Shown here piece after piece: positions 18,043 through 28,064 of a stretch of 33,532 bases of DNA; position 1 is the first letter of the stretch; every line of letters begins with the position of its first letter. A program made the translations under genes and the position numbers. The DNA lies in the IMG/VR virus record IMGVR_UViG_648276653_000018; one strand, written 5' to 3'. This stretch comes from a virus (lineage: Duplodnaviria; Heunggongvirae; Uroviricota; Caudoviricetes). The notes under the pieces were generated by a model. The model was not told the origin of the DNA and made no database searches. It saw only the letters and a program-made list of their open reading frames with translations.

Positions 18043-18110
18043 TCTTTGTATCAGCACTGATACAAGTTGCAGCACTGCCGCCTTTCTTCCCCTGATGGCA
18101 ACCTTTCCCT

Positions 18111-18689
18111 ATGAACGCACAATTAACCGAAATCATGCGCCTTATCACCAACCTGATCCGCACAGGTGTAGTCACCGAAGTGGACAGGGCAAACTGGCTG
18201 TGTCGGGTGAAAACTGGCGACCTCGAAACCAACTGGATTAACTGGCTGACACTGCGCGCGGGCAAATCGCGCACCTGGTGGAAACCGTCTGTGGGTGAGC
18301 AGGTTGTGCTGTTCAGTCTTGGCGGCAATCTGGAAACCGCGTTTGCCCTGCCTGCGGTCTACTCAAACCAGTTTCCGCCACCTTCAGGCTCTGAGGACGG
18401 CAACGTGACGGAATACCCGGACGGCGGCTGGTTTGAATACGAACCCGCCACCGGGCGCTGGTATGTCAGAGGCATCAAATCAATGGTCATTGAGGCCGCT
18501 GACAACATCACCATGAAAACCAGTGAGTTTGTACTGGAGGCTGACCGCACGCGCATTAACAGCGAAGTGGTGATCAATGGTGGCGTTACCCAGGGCGGCG
18601 GAGCGATGAGTTCTAACGGGATCGTGGTTGATGCGCATCAGCATACTGGCGTCCTGAAAGGCGGCGATACAACCGGAGGCCCGGTATGA
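18111..18689 (+). CDS. V: baseplate spike/hub protein V (P2 gpV-like)
   Basis: TGVVTEVD...RAGKSRTWWKPSVGEQV...SSNGIVVDAHQHTG resembles P2 gpV. Confidence 0.85.
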   Translation: MNAQLTEIMRLITNLIRTGVVTEVDRANWLCRVKTGDLETNWINWLTLRAGKSRTWWKPSVGEQVVLFSLGGNLETAFALPAVYSNQFPPPSGSEDGNVTEYPDGGWFEYEPATGRWYVRGIKSMVIEAADNITMKTSEFVLEADRTRINSEVVINGGVTQGGGAMSSNGIVVDAHQHTGVLKGGDTTGGPV

Positions 18690-19045
18690 CGCTTTATATC
18701 GGGATGAACAATACCAGCGGTAAAGCCATTACTGATATTGACCATCTGCGTCAGTCGGTGCGGGACATTCTACTGACACCGCAGGGTAGCCGCATTGCCC
18801 GTCGTGAATATGGTTCCCTGCTGTCGACACTGATAGACCAGCCACAAAATCCGGCATTACGCCTGCAGGTCATGTCGGCAGTGTATGTGGCGCTGAGTCG
18901 CTGGGAGCCACGGCTGACGCTGGATTCCATCACCATTAAAAGCAATTTTGACGGTTCAATGGTGGTGGGGCTGACCGGGCGGCGTAATAACGGTGTGCCT
19001 GTTTCCCTTTCCGTATCAACAGGAGCAGAGAATGGCAGTGATTGA
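18686..19045 (+). CDS. W: baseplate protein W (gp25/lysozyme-like fold)
   Basis: 119 aa ORF overlapping V stop; canonical position. Confidence 0.8.
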   Translation: MTLYIGMNNTSGKAITDIDHLRQSVRDILLTPQGSRIARREYGSLLSTLIDQPQNPALRLQVMSAVYVALSRWEPRLTLDSITIKSNFDGSMVVGLTGRRNNGVPVSLSVSTGAENGSD

Positions 19046-19940
19046 CCTTTCGCAGTTGCCTGCGCCGCAGATTGTCGATGTGCCGGACTTTGAGACGCTG
19101 CTTGCCGAACGCAAGGCCGAATTTGTTGCGCTTCATCCGAAAGATGAGCAGGAAGCCGTGATCCGCACGCTGGAACTGGAATCTGAACCCGTCACCAAAT
19201 TGCTGCAGGAGAACGCTTACCGTGAGTTGCTTCTGCGCCAGCGCATTAACGAAGCCGCGCAGGCTGTGATGGTGGCTTACGCGATGGGCGGCGATCTTGA
19301 CCAGCTCGCTGCCAACTACAACGTGAAACGCCTGACGGTGACGCCTGCTGATAATGACGCTGTGCCACCCGTTGCGGCTGTGATGGAAAGCGATGAAGCG
19401 TTACGCCTGCGTGTGCCCGCAGCCTTTGAAGGGCTTTCTGTTGCGGGGCCAACTGCCGCTTATGAATTTCATGCCCGAAGCGCCGACGGTCGGGTGGCGG
19501 ATGCCAGTGCAACCAGTCCGGCACCTGCAGAGGTGGTACTGACTGTCCTGAGTCGTGAAGGCGACGGAACAGCAGAAAAAGACTTGCTGGATGTGGTGGA
19601 GAAAGCCCTGAACAGTGAGAACGTCCGCCCGGTGGCTGACCGTCTTACGGTTCGCAGCGCAGAAATCATTCCGTATCGCGTGGAAGCCACCATTTTTCTC
19701 TATCCGGGACCGGAAGCAGAGCCGGTAATGGCAGCGGCAAAAGCCAGTCTGCAGAAGTACATTGCCAGCCAGACGAGGCTTGGTCGGGATATTCGCCGTA
19801 GCGCCATCTTTGCTGCTCTGCATGTTGAGGGTGTTCAACGTGTGGAACTGGCTTCTCCGCTGGCGGATGTGGTCCTGAACAAAACACAGGCGGCATCATG
19901 TACGCAGTGGAGCGTAACCAACGGAGGAACGGATGAATAG
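19032..19940 (+). CDS. J: baseplate protein J
   Basis: 302 aa from ATG 19032 with GGAGCAGAG RBS; canonical position and size. Confidence 0.85.
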   Translation: MAVIDLSQLPAPQIVDVPDFETLLAERKAEFVALHPKDEQEAVIRTLELESEPVTKLLQENAYRELLLRQRINEAAQAVMVAYAMGGDLDQLAANYNVKRLTVTPADNDAVPPVAAVMESDEALRLRVPAAFEGLSVAGPTAAYEFHARSADGRVADASATSPAPAEVVLTVLSREGDGTAEKDLLDVVEKALNSENVRPVADRLTVRSAEIIPYRVEATIFLYPGPEAEPVMAAAKASLQKYIASQTRLGRDIRRSAIFAALHVEGVQRVELASPLADVVLNKTQAASCTQWSVTNGGTDE

Positions 19941-20538
19941 TCTGCTGCCACCGGGTTCAACTTCACTGGAGCGCCGACTGGCGCAAACCTGTAGCGGGAT
20001 TTCTGATTTGCAGGTGCCGCTGCGTGACTTGTGGAATCCGGCTACCTGTCCGGTCAGTTTCCTGCCTTATCTCGCCTGGGCGTTCTCTGTGGATCGCTGG
20101 GACGAGGGCTGGACAGAAAGCGTCAAGCGCCAGGTGGTGAAGGATGCTTTTTATATTCATCAGCATAAAGGGACCACCAGTGCCGTGCGGCGGGTGGTGG
20201 AGCCGTTCGGCTTTCTGATCCGCATTATTGAGTGGTGGCAGACCGGAGAAACACCCGGCACGTTTCGCCTGGATATCGGCGTGCAGGACCAGGGCATCAC
20301 TGAAGATACCTATCTGGAACTTGAGAGGCTGATAAGCGATGCCAAACCATGTAGCCGTCACATGATCGGCATGTCCATCAATCTGCAGACCAGCGGCCCG
20401 TATTGGTTGGGGGCAGCCAGTTATCTTGGTGAAGAAATCACGATCTTTCCGTATATCAACGAAACAATTATTTCCGGCGGCACCGCGCATGAAGGCGGGG
20501 CGGTCCATGTTATTGACACAATGAGAGTGAATCCATGA
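19933..20538 (+). CDS. I: baseplate/tail protein I
   Basis: 201 aa ORF overlapping J stop; canonical position. Confidence 0.8.
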   Translation: MNSLLPPGSTSLERRLAQTCSGISDLQVPLRDLWNPATCPVSFLPYLAWAFSVDRWDEGWTESVKRQVVKDAFYIHQHKGTTSAVRRVVEPFGFLIRIIEWWQTGETPGTFRLDIGVQDQGITEDTYLELERLISDAKPCSRHMIGMSINLQTSGPYWLGAASYLGEEITIFPYINETIISGGTAHEGGAVHVIDTMRVNP

Positions 20539-22286
20539 GCACAAAATTTTATACCCTGCTGACGGATATTGGCGCGGCGAAACTTGCCAGCGCCGCCGCG
20601 CTCGGTGTGCCGTTAAAAATTACCCATATGGCGGTCGGCGATGGCGGCGGAACATTACCAACGCCGGACGCAAAGCAGACAGCACTGGTAAATGAGAAAC
20701 GCCGGGCTGCGCTGAATATGCTCTATATCGACCCGCAGAACAGCAGCCAGATTATTGCTGAACAGGTGATCCCTGAAAACGAGGGCGGTTGGTGGATACG
20801 TGAAGTGGGCCTGTTTGATGAGTCCGGGGCATTGATTGCCGTGGGCAACTGCCCGGAAAGCTATAAGCCGCAACTGGCTGAAGGCAGCGGGCGTACCCAG
20901 ACCGTGCGTATGGTGTTGATTACCAGCAGCACGGACAATATCACCCTGAAAATCGACCCTGCCGTAGTGCTGGCAACCCGCAAGTATGTGGATGACAAAA
21001 TATCAGAGCACGAACAGTCACGACGTCACCCGGACGCCTCGCTGACCGCAAAGGGTTTTACTCAGTTAAGCAGTGCGACCAACAGTGAATCCGAAATACT
21101 GGCCGCAACACCGAAGGCTGTGAAGGCTGCATATGATCTTGCAGCAGGTAAAGCATCCGCCAGTCACACACACCCGTGGAATCAGATAACGGATGTGCCT
21201 GCAGCTTCACTGACGGTAAAAGGCACCGTGCAACTCAGCAGCGCCACTAACAGCACGTCAGAAACGCAGGCTGCCACACCAAAGGCAGTGAAGGCGGCAT
21301 ATGACCTTGCAGCAGGTAAGGCACCTGTCAGTCACACGCACCCGTGGAGCCAGATAACGGATGTGCCTGCAGCTTCACTGACGGTAAAAGGCACCGTGCA
21401 ACTCAGCAGCGCCACTAACAGCACGTTAGAAACGCAGGCTGCCACACCAAAAGCCGTGAAGGCTGTATATGACCTTGCCAATGGAAAACAACCTGCCGAC
21501 GCCACACTGACCGCACTGGCAGGCCTTGCCACTGCGGCAGACAAACTTCCGTATTTTACGGGGAATGATACAGCCAGCCTGACAACCCTGACTAACGTTG
21601 GACGGAATATTCTGGATAAAGCAAGCACACAGGCGGTTATTCAATATCTTGGTCTGAGCGATGCAAGTGGATACGTTGGACGCTGGCTGAATACCCGGGT
21701 TTTCACCTCATCAGGTACGTACACCCCGACGCCAGGAACAAAACGGATCAGGGTCACAATAACTGGCGGCGGTGGCGGTGGGGGCGGCTGCAAGGCTATA
21801 TCCAATAATGAAACGTTTTTCGGTGCTGGCGGTGGGGCCGGTGGAACAATAATTTCAATAATGACCCCGACACAGAATAGTTATCCAGTCACTATCGGCG
21901 CAGGTGGGGCCGGTGGTGTTAGTGCGACGAACGGCACCAGTGGCGGGAATAGCGTATTTGCATCGTTAATTGCTCCTGGTGGCGCAGGTGGCGGGAAAGT
22001 GGGAGTTACAAATACAAACGGCGGTAACGGAGGTGTGCCGAGTACTGGCGATATCCGCATCACTGGTGGAAATGGAGGCGACGGTCAGTCCGGAAATATC
22101 AGCGTCAGCGGTGAAGGCGGAACATCGTACTGGGGTGGCGGTGGACGCGCAGGCGCTGGCGGTGGCGTTAGCGGTAAGGCATATGGTTCAGGCGGAGGTG
22201 GTGCATACGATGCCGGTTATAGCGGAACCAGTATGACGGGCGGGAAAGGCGCTGCAGGGATTTGTATTATCGAGGAGTTTGCATAA
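20535..22286 (+). CDS. H: tail fibre protein H with phage-fibre repeats and glycine-rich C-terminal domain
   Basis: 583 aa; internal repeats SATNS.SE..AATPKAVKAAYDLAAGKA; C-terminal Gly-rich tract (TGGGGGGGGC..., GAGGGAGG, GGNGGDG). Confidence 0.85.
   Translation: MSTKFYTLLTDIGAAKLASAAALGVPLKITHMAVGDGGGTLPTPDAKQTALVNEKRRAALNMLYIDPQNSSQIIAEQVIPENEGGWWIREVGLFDESGALIAVGNCPESYKPQLAEGSGRTQTVRMVLITSSTDNITLKIDPAVVLATRKYVDDKISEHEQSRRHPDASLTAKGFTQLSSATNSESEILAATPKAVKAAYDLAAGKASASHTHPWNQITDVPAASLTVKGTVQLSSATNSTSETQAATPKAVKAAYDLAAGKAPVSHTHPWSQITDVPAASLTVKGTVQLSSATNSTLETQAATPKAVKAVYDLANGKQPADATLTALAGLATAADKLPYFTGNDTASLTTLTNVGRNILDKASTQAVIQYLGLSDASGYVGRWLNTRVFTSSGTYTPTPGTKRIRVTITGGGGGGGGCKAISNNETFFGAGGGAGGTIISIMTPTQNSYPVTIGAGGAGGVSATNGTSGGNSVFASLIAPGGAGGGKVGVTNTNGGNGGVPSTGDIRITGGNGGDGQSGNISVSGEGGTSYWGGGGRAGAGGGVSGKAYGSGGGGAYDAGYSGTSMTGGKGAAGICIIEEFA
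21046..21500 (+). repeat. about 2.7 tandem copies of a 168-bp (56-codon) in-frame repeat inside tail fibre gene H
   Basis: ggatgtgcctgcagcttcactgacggtaaaaggcaccgtgcaactcagcagcgccactaacagcacg occurs at 21191 and 21359 (period 168 bp); a more diverged copy lies upstream. Confidence 0.8.
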
Positions 22287-22699
22287 TGAATGCGTCATAT
22301 GCAGTTATTGAAAATGGGATGGTTGTGAATGTCATTGTCTGGGATGGTGAGGATGAATTCACTGTGCCGGATAATCTGCAGCTCATTAATATTTCTGATA
22401 TCAGTGAGCAGCCCGGAATCGGCTGGGCGTATTCAGACGGGGTATTTACTGCGCCGCTCCCTCCGGAACGTTCTCATGATGAACTGGTAGCTGACGCTGA
22501 ACAGAAAAAACAGTCGCTGATAGACGCAGCAATGGTCAATATCAGCGTGATTCAGTTAAAGCTGCAGGCCGGGCGCAAACTGACGCAAGAGGAAACTACC
22601 CGACTTAACGTTGTGCTGGATTATATCGAGGCTGTGACGGCAACAAATACCAGCACCGCACCTGATATTATTTGGCCTGTTTTCCCTGCAAGCAGATAA
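22286..22699 (+). CDS. G: tail fibre assembly chaperone (P2 gpG-like)
   Basis: ATG overlaps H stop (TAATG); N-terminal MNASYAVIENGMVVNVIVWDGE typical of tail-fibre assembly proteins. Confidence 0.75.
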   Translation: MNASYAVIENGMVVNVIVWDGEDEFTVPDNLQLINISDISEQPGIGWAYSDGVFTAPLPPERSHDELVADAEQKKQSLIDAAMVNISVIQLKLQAGRKLTQEETTRLNVVLDYIEAVTATNTSTAPDIIWPVFPASR

Positions 22700-22805
22700 A
22701 TACCGTCATTTTGTGTGAATAACGGTACAACTGCGCTTAGCTGCTTGTCAGACACAATCACTTCAACATAGGGCGAAGCCTAATCCAATCAGGAGGTTCG
22801 CCACT

Positions 22806-23978
22806 ATGGCTCAGGATTACCACCACGGAGTGCGCGTTGTTGAAGTCAACGAAGGCACTCGATCCATTACCACGGTGAGCACCGCCATCGTGGGCATGGT
22901 CTGCACGGGCGATGATGCCGATGCAAAAATGTTCCCTCTTAATAAACCCGTGCTGATCACTGATGTGCTTACTGCCAGCGGTAAGGCGGGTGAATCCGGT
23001 ACGCTGGCCCGTTCGCTGGATGCCATCGCTGACCAGGCAAAACCCGTGACCGTTGTTGTGCGTGTGCCGCAGGGTGAAACGGAAGAAGAAACCACGACCA
23101 ATATCATCGGCGCAGTGACTGCTGAAGGTAAAAAAACTGGTATGAAAGCCCTGTTATCTGCCCAGTCACAGCTCGGTGTTAAACCGCGCATTCTCGGCGT
23201 GCCGGGGCACGATAATAAAGCCGTTGCTACTGAGTTGCTGGGCGTGGCGCAAAGCCTGCGTGGGTTTGCTTACCTGTCAGCGTATGGCTGCAAGACGGTG
23301 CAGGAGGCGATCACTTACCGTAAAAACTTCAGTCAGCGTGAAGGGATGCTGATTTGGCCTGACTTTACTGGCTGGGACACGGTGCTGAATGCCGACGCAA
23401 CGGCATATGCCACCGCCCGTGCGCTTGGTCTGCGTGCCAAAATTGATGAGCAGACAGGGTGGCACAAAAGCCTGTCCAACGTGGGCGTGAACGGTGTCAC
23501 CGGAATTTCTGCTGATGTGTTCTGGGATCTGCAGGACCCGGCAACTGATGCGGGACTGCTTAACCAGAACGATGTTACCACACTTATCCGCAAAGACGGC
23601 TTTCGCTTCTGGGGTTCCCGCTGTCTGAGTGATGACCCACTCTTTGCCTTTGAAAACTACACCCGCACGGCGCAGGTGCTGATGGACACGATGGCAGAAG
23701 CGCCAATGTGGGCGGTCGACAAACCGCTGAATCCGTCGCTGGCCCGCGACATTATCGAAGGTATCCGCGCCAAAATGCGCAGCCTGATCAGTCAGGGCTA
23801 TCTCATTGGTGGCGATTGCTGGCTGGATGAGTCGGTGAACGACAAAGACACTCTGAAAGCTGGAAAACTCACCATCGACTACGACTACACACCAGTGCCG
23901 CCACTTGAAAACCTGATGCTGCGTCAGCGCATCACCGATCAGTACCTGGTGAATTTCGCCAGCCAGGTCAGCGCGTAA
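22806..23978 (+). CDS. FI: contractile tail sheath protein FI
   Basis: 390 aa, strong RBS (CAGGAGG); size and position match P2 gpFI. Confidence 0.9.
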   Translation: MAQDYHHGVRVVEVNEGTRSITTVSTAIVGMVCTGDDADAKMFPLNKPVLITDVLTASGKAGESGTLARSLDAIADQAKPVTVVVRVPQGETEEETTTNIIGAVTAEGKKTGMKALLSAQSQLGVKPRILGVPGHDNKAVATELLGVAQSLRGFAYLSAYGCKTVQEAITYRKNFSQREGMLIWPDFTGWDTVLNADATAYATARALGLRAKIDEQTGWHKSLSNVGVNGVTGISADVFWDLQDPATDAGLLNQNDVTTLIRKDGFRFWGSRCLSDDPLFAFENYTRTAQVLMDTMAEAPMWAVDKPLNPSLARDIIEGIRAKMRSLISQGYLIGGDCWLDESVNDKDTLKAGKLTIDYDYTPVPPLENLMLRQRITDQYLVNFASQVSA

Positions 23979-23987
23979 GGGGACAAC

Positions 23988-24503
23988 ATGGCTTTACCAC
24001 GCAAATTAAAACACCTCAACCTGTTTAACGACGGGAACAACTGGCAGGGGATCGTTGAGTCGCTGACGCTGCCGAAATTCACCCGCAAATATGAGAAGTA
24101 TCGCGGCGGCGGAATGCCGGGAGCAGTGGATGTGGATCTGGGGCTTGATGACAGTGCGCTGGACACAGAATTTTCCATTGGTGGTACTGAACTGCTGCTG
24201 TTTAAGCAGATGGGCAAAGCCACGGTGGATGGCATCCAGTTGCGCTTTACCGGCTCTATCCAGCGTGATGATACCGGGGAAGTGCAGGCCGTGGAGCTTG
24301 TGGTGCGTGGACGTCACAAAGAAGTGGATTCCGGCGAGTGGAAGACGGGCGAAAGCAACACCACCAAAGTGACCAGTACCAACAGCTACGCGAAGCTGAC
24401 TATCAATGGTGAGGTGCTCTATGAAGTGGACCTTATCAACATGGTGGAAATTGTGGACGGTGTGGACCTGATGGAAGCGCACCGCAACGCCCTCGGCCTC
24501 TGA
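23988..24503 (+). CDS. FII: tail tube protein FII
   Basis: 171 aa directly after sheath gene. Confidence 0.9.
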   Translation: MALPRKLKHLNLFNDGNNWQGIVESLTLPKFTRKYEKYRGGGMPGAVDVDLGLDDSALDTEFSIGGTELLLFKQMGKATVDGIQLRFTGSIQRDDTGEVQAVELVVRGRHKEVDSGEWKTGESNTTKVTSTNSYAKLTINGEVLYEVDLINMVEIVDGVDLMEAHRNALGL

Positions 24504-24557
24504 TGTATCTGAACGGCGCGGAATGCCGCGCCAGAACCTAATTTACAGGACAGCAAA

Positions 24558-24860
24558 ATGAGCGATAAGCAGACTGAAAAGACCATTCAACTGGATACCC
24601 CCATCATGCGTGGTAAAACTGAAATCACCGAAATTGTGCTGCGTAAACCGCAGTCCGGTGCGCTGCGCGGTACACGCCTGCAGGCCATTATGGATATGGA
24701 TGTGAACGCGATGATGACCGTGATCCCCCGCATCTCCAGCCCGGCGCTGACTGCACAGGAAATTGCAGAGATGGACCCGGCAGATCTCACTGCCATGTCG
24801 GTTGAGGTTGTCACTTTTTTGTTGAAGAAGTCGGTGCTTGCCGGTTTACCGACAGCCTGA
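24558..24860 (+). CDS. E: tail assembly chaperone E
   Basis: 100 aa ORF upstream of tape measure; contains slippery site near 3' end. Confidence 0.8.
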   Translation: MSDKQTEKTIQLDTPIMRGKTEITEIVLRKPQSGALRGTRLQAIMDMDVNAMMTVIPRISSPALTAQEIAEMDPADLTAMSVEVVTFLLKKSVLAGLPTA

Positions 24861-24994
24861 CGGTTGATGATCTGGTGGCAGATATCGCCACCATTTTTCA
24901 CTGGCCGCCATCCGTTACTGACGTTATGCCGCTGACCGAAGTGCTGGAATGGCGGTATAAAGCGATTCAGAGAAGCGGGGCCAACGATGAGTGA
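24558..24994 (+). CDS. E+E': tail assembly chaperone E+E' produced by programmed -1 ribosomal frameshift at T TTT TTG (24815-24821)
   Basis: Slippery heptamer TTTTTTG; -1 frame is open from the slip site to TGA at 24992-24994 (extension ...VDDLVADIATIFHWPPSVTDVMPLTEVLEWRYKAIQRSGANDE). Confidence 0.75.
24815..24821 (+). promoter_or_regulatory. programmed -1 frameshift slippery sequence TTTTTTG for E/E'
   Basis: Seen directly; conserved mechanism in P2-family tail chaperone genes. Confidence 0.75.
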
Positions 24995-27900
24995 TAATAA
25001 CCTGCGCCTGCAGGTCATTCTTAATGCGGTTGACAAACTCACCCGCCCATTCCGTGCTGCACAGGCCAGTTCGAAAGAGCTGGCTGGCGCAATCAGAAAC
25101 TCCCGTGACGCATTAAAGCAACTCAATCAGGCGGGTAACAACCTGGAAAAATTTCGCAAGCTGCAGGCCGATAACAAAAAGTTAGGCGACAGGCTGAACT
25201 ATGCCAGACAGAAGGCAAATTTGCTTAGTTCTGAGCTGGAAGCGATGGAACAACCATCACAAAGGCATCTTGTGGCTTTAGGTCGGCAAACGCTGGCAGT
25301 CCAACGCCTGGAAGAACAACAAAAATATTTGCAGAAGCAAACGGCGCTTGTGCGTGCAGAACTGTACCGGGCGGGAATTTCTGCGAAAGATGATGCGGGA
25401 GCAACTGCCCGTTTAGCCCGTGAAACATCACGTTATAACCAGGAATTGTCGAAACAGGAGGCGCGGCTGAAGCGACTGGGGGAAGCTCAGCGCAGGATGA
25501 ATGCAGCGCGTGCCAGTTATGCCCGTTCGCTGGAGGTGCGCGATCGCATCGCAGGAGCCGGAGCCACTACTACGGCTGCAGGGCTGGCAATGGGGACGCC
25601 AGTGATGGCGGCAGTAAAAAGCTATACCAGCATGGAAGATGCCATGAAAGGTGTGGCAAAGCAGGTCAATGGTCTGCGTGACGATAATGGCATCCGCACT
25701 GCACGTTTTTATGAAATGCAGGATGCCATCAAAGCTGCCAGCGAACAGTTGCCGATGGAAAACGGTGCGGTGGACTTCGCTGCACTGGTTGAAGGTGGTG
25801 CGCGTATGAACGTCGCAAACCCTGACGACAGCTGGGAAGACCAGAAACGTGACCTGCTGGCCTTCGCCAGTACGGCAGCAAAGGCGGCAACAGCCTTTGA
25901 GCTGCCAGCGGATGAACTGTCAGAAAGTCTGGGGAAAATCGCCCAGCTCTACAAAATACCAACCCGCAATATTGAACAGCTCGGCGATGCGCTGAACTAT
26001 CTGGATGATAACGCCATGTCGAAAGGGGCGGACATCATTGATGTGATGCAACGTCTGGGCGGTGTGGCTGACCGTCTGGATTATCGTAAAGCGGCGGCAC
26101 TGGGTTCCACCTTTCTGACACTGGGCGCTGCGCCGGAGGTTGCAGCCAGTGCAGCAAACGCGATGGTGCGTGAATTGTCCATTGCCACCATGCAAAGCAA
26201 GAGTTTCTTTGAAGGAATGAATCTGCTGAAACTCAATCCTGAAGTGATTGAAAAGCAGATGACGAAGGATGCGATGGGAACTATCCAGCGCGTGCTGGAG
26301 AAGGTGAACGCACTGCCGCAGGACAAGCGTCTGTCTGCCATGACCATGTTGTTTGGTAAAGAGTTTGGCGATGACGCGGCGAAACTGGCAAACAACCTGC
26401 CGGAACTGCAGCGTCAGTTAAAACTGACAGCGGGCAATGATGCGCTCGGCTCCATGCAGAAAGAATCCGACATTAACAAGGATTCACTTTCTGCGCAGTG
26501 GTTGCTGGTCAAAACCGGAGCGCAGAACACCTTCAGCAGCCTGGGCGAAACGCTGCGCCAGCCGCTGATGGATATTCTGTACACGGTGAAAAGCGTCACG
26601 GGGGCGTTGCGTCGCTGGGTGGAAGCTAACCCGGAACTGACAGGCACACTGATGAAAGCATCGGCTGTTGTGGCTGCGGTGACCGTCGGCCTCGGCACCT
26701 TAGCGGTGGCGCTGGCTGCAGTGCTGGGGCCGCTGGCAGTGATCCGTCTGGGATTCTCTGTGCTGGGTATCAAAACGTTACCTTCCGTTACGGCAGCAGT
26801 AACTCGAACCAGCAGCGCGTTGTCCTGGCTGGCTGGCGCACCACTGGTACTGCTGCGACGCGGGCTTGCTTCATCGGGCAACGCTGCGGGGTTACTTACT
26901 GCACCGTTGTCATCTTTGCGCCGCACGGCATCACTGACGGGAAATGTCCTGAAAACTGTAGCAGGTGCGCCGGTTGCACTTTTGCGGTCTGGATTATCCG
27001 GTTTACGTGCTGTTGCTGTGATGTTTATGAATCCTCTGGCGGTACTGCGCGGTGGACTGGTCGCCGCAGGCACGGTGCTGCGAGTACTGGCATCTGGTCC
27101 ACTGGCGATGCTGCGCGTTGCCCTGTATGCCGTATCTGGTCTGTTAGGTGCTCTGCTCAGTCCGATAGGTCTTGTGGTTACTGCACTGGCGGGCGTGGCG
27201 CTGGTTGTCTGGAAATACTGGCAACCCATCACCGCATTTCTTGGTGGCGTGGTGGAAGGATTCAAAGCGGCGGCAGGTCCCGTCAGTGCAGCATTCGAAC
27301 CGCTTAAGCCCGTGTTCCAGTGGATTGGCGACAAAGTACAGGCGCTGTGGGGCTGGTTTACTGATCTGCTGACGCCCGTTAAGTCGACCTCTGCCGAACT
27401 GCAGAGTGCAGCGGCAATGGGGCGGCGATTCGGGGAGGCACTGGCGGAAGGGCTGAATATGGTCATGCATCCGCTGGACTCCCTGAAATCCGGCGTTTCC
27501 TGGTTGCTGGAGAAGCTCGGCATTGTCAGTAAAGAGGCCGCAAAGGCAAAACTGCCGGAAAGCGTGACGCGTCAGCAACCTGCGACGGTGAATGCAGACG
27601 GTAAAGTGATGATGCCATCGGGTGGTTTTCCATCATGGGGATATGGCTTTGCGGGGATGTATGACAGCGGCGGCTATATCCCGCGCGGGCAGTTTGGCAT
27701 CGTCGGTGAAAACGGGCCGGAAATTGTTAACGGCCCGGCAAATGTGACCAGCCGGAGAAATACAGCTGCACTGGCTGCCGTTGTTGCCGGAATGATGGGC
27801 GTTGCTGCCGCGCCTGCAGAGCTTCCACCGTTGCACCCTTTGGCACTTCCCGCGAAAGGCGGCGAAGCGATGGTGAGTCGTGCAGCCACTGTGCCGCCCG

Positions 27901-28064
27901 TTCAACGGATTGAGGCACCGATGCAGATCATCATTCAGACGCAGCCAGGACAAAGTGCGCAGGATATTGCGCGGGAGGTGGCCCGCCAGCTTGATGAACG
28001 TGAACGCAGGCTGAAGGCAAAAGCCAGGAGTAACTACAGCGATCAGGGGGGATACGACGCATGA
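24987..28064 (+). CDS. T: tail tape measure protein T
   Basis: 1025 aa, coiled-coil N-terminal part, Ala/Gly-rich hydrophobic central repeats; position after E/E'. Confidence 0.9.
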   Translation: MSDNNLRLQVILNAVDKLTRPFRAAQASSKELAGAIRNSRDALKQLNQAGNNLEKFRKLQADNKKLGDRLNYARQKANLLSSELEAMEQPSQRHLVALGRQTLAVQRLEEQQKYLQKQTALVRAELYRAGISAKDDAGATARLARETSRYNQELSKQEARLKRLGEAQRRMNAARASYARSLEVRDRIAGAGATTTAAGLAMGTPVMAAVKSYTSMEDAMKGVAKQVNGLRDDNGIRTARFYEMQDAIKAASEQLPMENGAVDFAALVEGGARMNVANPDDSWEDQKRDLLAFASTAAKAATAFELPADELSESLGKIAQLYKIPTRNIEQLGDALNYLDDNAMSKGADIIDVMQRLGGVADRLDYRKAAALGSTFLTLGAAPEVAASAANAMVRELSIATMQSKSFFEGMNLLKLNPEVIEKQMTKDAMGTIQRVLEKVNALPQDKRLSAMTMLFGKEFGDDAAKLANNLPELQRQLKLTAGNDALGSMQKESDINKDSLSAQWLLVKTGAQNTFSSLGETLRQPLMDILYTVKSVTGALRRWVEANPELTGTLMKASAVVAAVTVGLGTLAVALAAVLGPLAVIRLGFSVLGIKTLPSVTAAVTRTSSALSWLAGAPLVLLRRGLASSGNAAGLLTAPLSSLRRTASLTGNVLKTVAGAPVALLRSGLSGLRAVAVMFMNPLAVLRGGLVAAGTVLRVLASGPLAMLRVALYAVSGLLGALLSPIGLVVTALAGVALVVWKYWQPITAFLGGVVEGFKAAAGPVSAAFEPLKPVFQWIGDKVQALWGWFTDLLTPVKSTSAELQSAAAMGRRFGEALAEGLNMVMHPLDSLKSGVSWLLEKLGIVSKEAAKAKLPESVTRQQPATVNADGKVMMPSGGFPSWGYGFAGMYDSGGYIPRGQFGIVGENGPEIVNGPANVTSRRNTAALAAVVAGMMGVAAAPAELPPLHPLALPAKGGEAMVSRAATVPPVQRIEAPMQIIIQTQPGQSAQDIAREVARQLDERERRLKAKARSNYSDQGGYDA

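Noticed and set aside
21700-22260. Glycine-rich repetitive DNA in the 3' end of gene H considered as a possible CRISPR array or simple-sequence repeat
   Set aside because: No regularly spaced identical direct repeats with unique spacers; the repetition is codon-level (GGN-rich) within an open reading frame, consistent with a Gly-rich protein domain.
22700-22805. G-FI intergenic interval checked as the second canonical P2 cargo hotspot (Z/fun position)
   Set aside because: Only ~106 bp separates G from FI, leaving no room for an inserted gene; this hotspot is empty in this prophage.
26414-27523. 369-aa minus-strand ORF (and other long antisense ORFs, e.g. 27144-27578) inside the tape-measure gene
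   Set aside because: Lies antisense within a well-supported GC-rich structural gene; the translation is low-complexity (Ser/Ala/Pro/Thr/Arg-rich) and no RBS is evident. This is a typical spurious ORF from a high-GC coding strand.
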